From Dictyostelium discoideum (Eukaryota): 64,000 nucleotides of DNA. The translations under genes and the position numbers were made by a program. Where the stretch lies: assembly GCA_000004695.1 (NCBI GenBank), contig CM000155.2:2944001-3008000 (forward strand). Reading direction: 5' to 3'. Shown here one piece after another: positions 53,502-64,000 of this stretch (position 1 is the first letter of the stretch; each line of letters starts with the position of its first letter). Below the pieces are notes generated by a model, which did no database searches, had not been told where the DNA came from, and worked only from the letters and a program-made list of their open reading frames with translations.

Positions 53502-54069
53502 AAAAAAATTATTATTATATTTATTATTATTATTATTATAATTTTTTAAAAATTATAAAATATTTATTAAATTATTATTATTATTATTAATTAATAATTT
53601 ATTATAAATTTTGATATTTAATTTAATTTTATTTAAATTTTTAAAAATTAAACCATTGATTTTAAAAATAAGAAAATAAAATTATATATAAATAAATATA
53701 TATATATATAAAAATGTGTAAAAACAATAAATGAATATTTATTTTTTAAAAAAAAAAAAAAAAAATATTATGTATTTTATTTTATATCTTTTTTTTTTTT
53801 TTTTACTTATAAAAGATGATTTCCCATCTAACGGTCAAAAAAAAAAAAATTTGAAAAAAAAAAAAAAATAAAAAAAAAAAAAATTAAAAAAAAAAGAAAA
53901 AGAAAAAAAAAAAAATTAAAAAAAAAAATAATGGAAATTGACACACTATTAACTCAAAAATTTATTTTTTTTTTTTTTTATTATTTTTTTTTTTTTTTTT
54001 TTTTTCATTTCCAATCCAAATCACCACCATTCACGATAAATAATATATATATAAAAAAAAAATAAAAAA

Positions 54070-54890
54070 ATGAGAAGACAAACAGGTAGACAATTAGAAA
54101 ATGAATATTTAGATGAACAAGGTAAAGTAAGATTCAAAAAAAAAAAAAAAAAAACAAAAAAAAAAACAAAAAAAAAAAACAAAAAAAAAAAAAAAAAAAA
54201 AAAAATTCCAAAGAAAACCCTTGCTGTAACCTAATTTATTAATATTCATACTTTTCTAACTTTTTTTTTTCAAATAATAGAGCAAAAAGATGTAATAAAT
54301 AATTTATTAACAAATGATAAATCAACAAGTTTATTTTATAGGGTAATTATTATTTTTATTATTTTTATTATTTTTATTATTATTAAATTAGGAAGAAAAT
54401 AATTTTACTAATTTTTTTTTTTTTTTTTAAATTTTATTTTATAACTAATTAATTAAAAAAGAAATGTATTAGTATGGTTGGATTTTTTTGTGGAGTTTTA
54501 AAATTATTATGCGCAATATTACCATTTAATGTATTACCATTTGAACATTTAGCACATAGTACATTGAAGGGATCAGGTGTTTCAAGTTTTTTCATTGCTT
54601 GGTTGGAGTGGATTTCAGCATCAGCTTATATTGCAGGTGGTATTGGAATGTATCCCGATTTTGTTAAAGGTTTTATAAGAAAATGGATTATGTTTGCATG
54701 TATCGGTTTCACATCTTTCACCTCATTTGTTGTCTTAATTTTGAGTGGTAGTATTTTTGCCACCCTTTGGATCACTGGTGTCAATTGTATTTATCTTTTT
54801 GCTTGCCTTTATGTTTTCTCTATAACCTCAAATAGTCAAAGAGAAATTATTAATCTTCAAAAATTCCAATATCCTCATAAAAAAGCCTAA
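54070..54890 (+). CDS. Small multi-pass membrane protein (~180 aa); 3 exons 54070..54121, 54281..54342, 54462..54890
   Basis: MRRQTGRQLENEYLDEQ(G) with a GTAAAG donor. A branch-like TTCTAAC sits before the AATAG acceptor. EQKDVINNLLTNDKSTSLFYR with a GTAATT donor, then KCISMVGFFCGVLKLLCAILPF... with 4 hydrophobic helices. Phases are consistent (543 nt). Confidence 0.55.
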
Positions 54891-55304
54891 ATAGGAATTA
54901 AAAAAAAATAAAAATAAAAATAAAATAAAAAATAAAATGTTTAAAAAATAGATTTTTTATTAATTTTAATAATTAAAAAAATAAATAAATAAATAATTAA
55001 AAAAAACAAATAAATAAAAAAAAAAAAAAAAAAAAATTGATTGTTTAAAAAACACTTATCTGGAAAAAAAAAAAAAAAAAAAATAATAATAATAAAATAA
55101 ATTTTAAAAAAAAAAATTAAAAACCGACAAAATCAATTAATAATCTATTTTTAAAGCCTTTAGAGATAATTATGGCTTAAAATGTATTATTAAAAAAAAT
55201 TTATTTGAAAAATTTGATTTTTTTTTTTTTTTTTTTTATTTTTTATTTTTTTTTTTTTTGAATTTTTTTTTGAATTTTTTTTTTTTTGAATTTTTTTTTT
55301 TTTT

Positions 55305-55335
<31 letters not shown>

Positions 55336-55935
55336 CTTATCTCCATAGTGCAACATTGTATTTTTATATATAAAAAAAAAAAAAAATTAAAAAAATTAAA
55401 AAAAAGTAATGTAATATCGCAAATTAATACATTTTCATATAATAGAATCAATAAAACTTTTATTGTTTTTATAATTTTATTTTTTTTTTTTTATTTTTTT
55501 TATTTATTTTTTCTCCTATTTCCCACACTAATAAAAGAATAGAATTAAAACATATAAAATATATAAAACAAATAATTTTTAAATTACATAAATAAACATA
55601 ATTATAAATAATTAAGGTATAATTTTTAAAATAAAAAACACAGTTTGATATTTTTTTTTATTTATTTAAATAAAAAAAAAATAAAAAAAAAACAAAATAA
55701 TAATATACATAAAAAAAAAAAAAAGATTCCCACACAGAAAAAAAAAAAAAATATCTTTGTTTTTTTTTTTTTTTTTTTAATTTTTTTTTTTTTTCCAAAT
55801 TTTTTTCCCCCCTAACATTAAAAGTATTAATAATAGTATTAAATAAAATAGAATAGAATAAAGGTGAATTAAAATAAATAACATTAATACATTTCGTCGT
55901 GGGTGTTGTGTGTTTTTTGTTTTGTTTTTTTATTG

Positions 55936-55966
<31 letters not shown>

Positions 55967-56124
55967 TGCTTTTTTTTTAATTTCGATATTTTATTGTCTG
56001 TGGGTGTTATGGTTTTATTTTTTAAAAAAATAAAAAAATAAAATTTTTTATTTTATTTTATTCTATAAACTTTATTTTATCCACACACATTTTATACCTT
56101 TAAACCTCTTATAATTAACTAACA

Positions 56125-56158
<34 letters not shown>

Positions 56159-56313
56159 TTAAAACAATTATAGCTTTTAGGAATAAAGAAAAACAAACAA
56201 TTGTGTATAAATATTTTTTAGTTTTTTTTTTTTTTATTCAACAAATTCTCAACAATCTCTTAATACGAAGATCATATTTAAATTATACAAAAACAATTAC
56301 ATATATATAAAGA

Positions 56314-57296
56314 ATGTCAGCAGCAGAAGTTATTAAATTAGTCGTTATTGGTGATGGTGCTGTAGGGTATGCCATTCAAAATTATTAAACAAAACAAAAA
56401 AACAAAGCAAATGAATATTTTCTAACCAAACTTTTTTTTTTTTTATTAAAAATAGTAAAACTTGTTTATTGATTAGTTATGCAAACAATCGTTTCCCAGA
56501 AGATTATATTCCAACTGTATTCGATAATTATGTTGTAAATCTTACAGCAGGTGATAGAAACATAGAACTCGGACTTTGGGATACTGCAGGTCAAGAAGAG
56601 TACGATAAATTAAGACCATTAAGTTATGCAAATGCAAATGTATTTTTAATTTGCTTCTCAATTACCAATCCAGTTTCATTTGAAAATGTTTACACAAAAG
56701 TATTTATCATCAACAACAACAACAACAACAATAATAACAATAATAATAATAATAACAACAAATATATAGGATTTGGTTTTCGTAGCAGTTAGATAATTTT
56801 GGTTGGTGTTTTCAGGTAGCAGTTTTTAGTTTAGAAATTAAATCAAAAAAAAAAAAAGAAAATGAAAAGAAAATACCACCAAAAAAAAAACAAAAAACTT
56901 CAACCACGATAAACCAATTTCCTACACTTCTTTTTTGATTAAAAGTTGGGTACTAACTTTTTTTTTTTTTTTATTTTTTTTTTTTTATTATTATTTTATT
57001 ATTAAAATTTTTAGTGGTACCCAGAAGTTATGCATTTTTGCCCAGAAGTTCCACAAATTTTAGTTGGTACTAAATTAGATACACGTGACGATAGAGGTGT
57101 TTTAGATAAACTTCAACAAACTGGTCATAAACCAATTACAACCGAACAAGGTAACGATTTAGCCAGAAGAATTAAAGCCATTAAATATATGGAATGTTCT
57201 GCCAAAACCTCACAAAATCTCAAACAAGTCTTTGATGAAGCCATTAAATCTGTTTTGTTTATCAAAAAAAAGAAATCCAAGTGTATTGTTATGTAA
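56314..57296 (+). CDS. Rac-family Rho GTPase (192 aa, CAAX end CIVM; possibly racC); 3 exons 56314..56366, 56456..56699, 57015..57296
   Basis: [18 protein letters not shown]|[25 protein letters not shown]...[17 protein letters not shown]...|WYPEV...LVGTKLD...CSAKT...KSKCIVM. Donors are GG|GTATGC and AAA|GTATTT, and acceptors are AATAG and TTTTAG. A TTCTAAC branch motif is present. Confidence 0.9.
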
Positions 57297-58116
57297 ACCC
57301 CGCTCTTCTTTTTTTTTTTTATCTATTGTTCTAATGTCATCATCTTCTTTTATCTTCAAAATAAAATAATCACCTTTTTTTTTTCCTTTTTTTAATTGGA
57401 AAAAAAAAGAAAAAAAAAAAGGAAATATAAAAAAAAAAAAAAAAAACAAAAAAAAAAATAAAAAATAAAAAACCCAAAATAATTATTTAATAACTAAAAA
57501 AAAAAAAACAAATAAAAAAAAAACCCTATATAATTATTTAATATCTAAAAAAAAAAAAAATTAAGAAAATCCTAAATAATTATTAGAATACTAAAAATAA
57601 AAAAAAAAAAACTTTATAATTATTTCCTAAATATTTTTTTTCTGTTTTTTTCTGTTTTTTTTTTTTTTTAATACCCAACATCCAAATTTTCGTTTTTTGA
57701 TCTTAAAACAGTCTCAAGCTTTGAGAAAAGGCAAATTAGGAAGCCACCATCAAAAAAACCAAAAAAAAACCAAAAAAAGTGCCTTTTTATTTGGTTTTGT
57801 ATTTTTATTTTTCATTTTATTTTTATTTTTTTTTTATTTTTTTTTTATTTTTATTTTTTTTACAAATTTTATTAATAAAATATTTTTTTTATTTATTTTT
57901 ATTTTATTTTTTTTTTTTGTATTTAATTTAATTTTTTTTTTTTTTTTATTACTATTTTTTTTTTTAAATGAAAAATCATTTTTCTTAGATTTATTATTGG
58001 ACATTTTTTTTTTTTTTTTTTTTTATTTTATTTTTTTTCATTTATAAATATTTATATAAATATATATCATATTATCTTGTACCTTTTTTATTTTATTAAA
58101 AAAAAAAAAAAAAAAA

Positions 58117-61542
<3,426 letters not shown>

Positions 61543-61942
61543 TGTTTAAAAAATAACAATAATAATAATAAAAAATAATAATAATAAAAAATAATAATAA
61601 TAATAGTAATAAAATAAATTAAATAAAATTAATCATATCCATAAATTTATTCTTTATTTAATTTTTTCATTTTTTGGGAATATATAATTTTTTTTTTCTT
61701 TTCAAAACAAATACAATTATTTTTATAATAAATCTTTAATAATAAGGAAAATTAAATTTATATTGGTTGTTAAAATGAAATATTATTCATTATTTTGGTT
61801 AACTTGTTTTCAATAATATTAATAAAAAAATATATATAACCACAATAGCCTATTTTTTATATTTTTCTTCATTATCTAGGTATTTGTTCAAACATTAATA
61901 AATTATTGGCATTAATTACAAATCTTGGTATTTAAAAAATTT

Positions 61943-61985
<43 letters not shown>

Positions 61986-62119
61986 ATTATAATAAATAAT
62001 AAATAAAAAAATGGTATAAAAACAAACTTTTTTTTTTTTTTAAAATCATTATCAAATACATTATAAAAATAAATATAAAAGTTATCTTTTTTCAAAATAA
62101 TTTAAAATTGGAATAAAAA

Positions 62120-62433
62120 ATGAACAAGGTATAATAATAATTTGAAAAAAACAAAAAAAATTAATTATTTATTAATTATTAATTTTTTTAATATAATAAA
62201 AGTTATTAAATTTATTAGGATTCTTAGTCGTATTAGTTTTTTGTGTTTTTACTGGTTCAAATGCTGAAGGTTTGGGTTCTTGTTCAAGTTGGCATGTAGC
62301 AAGATCTGGCTATACCTGTTGGGATATGGCATCTACATGTGGTGTTTCACTTCAACAATTCATGGGCACTAATAGCTTGTCCTCATATGATTGTGACTAC
62401 ATCCAAATTGGTAGAAAATATTGTTGTAATTAA
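62120..62433 (+). CDS. Small secreted cysteine-rich peptide, paralog A (79 aa; exons 62120..62128 and 62203..62433)
   Basis: MNK|LLNLLGFLVVLVFCVFTGSNA signal peptide, then EGLGSCSSWHVARSGYTCWDMASTCGVSLQQFMGTNSLSSYDCDYIQIGRKYCCN (6 Cys). 74-bp intron with GTATAA donor and AAAAG acceptor. Confidence 0.6.
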
Positions 62434-63120
62434 TTTGGTATTTGAAAAAAATAGAAATATAATATTATCATATTATAACTATTATTATTAAATAAATATT
62501 ATTTTTAAGAATTTTTCTATCTATTAATTTTAAAAATTTTAATTTTATTTTTTTTACCCTTTGTTAAATAATATATAATAAATTATGTTTTATATAATTA
62601 GTTGTGAATTTTTTTATATAATTTGAAAAAAAAACTTTAAAGTTTTAAGTGGTTCCTTTTTTTTTTTTTATTAAAATAAAATAATTATTAAACATCTAGT
62701 TGAAAAATAAATGATAGTATTAAAAAGATAAAATTAGAATAAATTAAATTATTTACAAAAATAGTAAATAAAATCTTTATTTATTAGGAAATACCATTTC
62801 AAACAATAGCTACTATTATATTAGTGGTATTAAAATTTGTGGTAATTTTATTTTCCCAAATAACCAAAAAAAAAAAAAAATAATAACCACACCCATAATT
62901 AAATATATATATTTTTTTCTTAACTATCTGGGGATTTTAATTTTCTTTTTTTTTTTATTTGTATTTCAAAACTACCATTTAAAATATAATAAAAAAAAAA
63001 AAAAAAAGAAAAAAAATAGTATAAATAAAAAATTATAAAAAAAAAAAAAAAAATAAATCATTTTCCAAATTAAAATTCAATTTTAACATTTTTAATAAAT
63101 CAATAAAATTCTTTCCAATA

Positions 63121-63427
63121 ATGTGCAAGGTATAGTACTCTTTTAATATTTGTATATTAATATATATTATTAACTATAATTATTTTCCTGAAACAGTTAT
63201 TAAACTTATTAGGATTAGTAGTTGTTTTCCTTTTATGTGTTTTCACTGGTTCAAATGCTGAAGGTATGGGTTCTTGTTCAAGTTGGCATGTAGCAAGATC
63301 TGGTTATACCTGTTGGGATATGGCATCTACATGTGGTGTTTCACTTCAACAATTCATGGCAACAAATGGCTTAAGTTCAAATGACTGTAATTACATCCAA
63401 ATTGGTAGAAAATATTGTTGTAATTAA
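63121..63427 (+). CDS. Small secreted cysteine-rich peptide, paralog B (79 aa; exons 63121..63129 and 63197..63427)
   Basis: MCK|LLNLLGLVVVFLLCVFTGSNA, then EGMGSCSSWHVARSGYTCWDMASTCGVSLQQFMATNGLSSNDCNYIQIGRKYCCN. ~90% identical to paralog A, with the same exon structure, 1 kb downstream. Confidence 0.6.
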
Positions 63428-64000
63428 ATCAAAGTTTGAAATATTTATCATAAATCAATCATTAATTTATCATAATACCAATTTAAATTTTTCCATAAAC
63501 TGTTTTAAATAAATATTTTTCAAATTTTTTTATCTAATTCCCAATTTTTTTTATTATAGATTAATCTGTTTATTATTTATTTCTTTTAATGGATAGTTTA
63601 TTTATGAATTAATTTTGAAAGTAGGGATATTACTCAATTTTGATCTCAATTATCAAAAAAGAATTATAATTTTAAAATATAGTGTTATAAATTTTATTTT
63701 TATTTTTTTTTTTTTTTTATAAATTCAGTTTTAAAGGAGAATATGTTTGAAAGTAGTAGTGAATATGAATAAAATAAACTTTTTTAAGTTAATTTTCTCA
63801 ATTTTATTATTTCTCTAAGGAAATTGTTTTAGATCTTTTTAATTGCCCAAATCTTTTGAGTTTATTTTAAAATTTTTGGCTTCTTTTTTTATTCTTGAAG
63901 GGCTTTTAAGTATCACTTACTAACTTTGAGTGGTTTGATTGGTTTGGTTCGTATGATTCGGGCACGACCCTAGGTGGGTGGCGTTGATGATTGATACTGA

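Overview
This window is eukaryotic nuclear DNA of Dictyostelium type, not a prokaryotic locus. It is roughly 75-80% A+T, with long homopolymer runs and (AAT)n/(CAA)n tracts that read as poly-N/poly-Q in proteins. Introns are short (70-150 bp) with GTAAGT/GTATGT donors and TAG/AAG acceptors, and there are five 100-N scaffold gaps. There are no CRISPR arrays, operons or rRNA.

About 30 protein-coding genes can be modelled, most with 1-5 introns. The ones I can place are: a GH25 lysozyme, Vps52, p47/NSFL1C, a GPATCH4-like protein, ribosomal protein uL23 (rpl23a), the CCA-adding tRNA nucleotidyltransferase, a Ulp/SENP SUMO protease, a RhoGAP, YL1/Vps72, Sec6/EXOC3, an intronless bacterial-type GNAT acetyltransferase, a penta-EF-hand protein, a PhyH-family dioxygenase, a 2110-aa coiled-coil protein, a Rac GTPase, an SMPD4-like multi-exon gene and two tandem small secreted cysteine-rich peptide paralogs.

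The accessory content centres on three tRNA-Lys(CUU) genes, each followed by a B-box-like downstream element. All three sit next to non-LTR TRE-type retrotransposon sequence: one element carrying the RT/C-terminal part of ORF2 with a poly(A) tail, one element start directly downstream of a tRNA, and one inverted, rearranged fragment that looks like twin priming. That fragment lies inside the first copy of a ~3-kb tandem duplication, so the two copies form a filled/empty-site pair.

Other points worth a second look: a gene broken by two homopolymer frameshifts, a 22-bp perfect palindrome, a 42-bp x3 repeat that may code a 14-aa repeat, and homopolymer/G-C-run blocks next to gaps that are probably poor-quality sequence.

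The ORF track uses TTG/GTG as alternative starts and reads through N gaps, so several listed M residues are artefacts. Splice-junction coordinates are my own reading of the sequence and should be treated as +/-1-2 nt in A/T runs.
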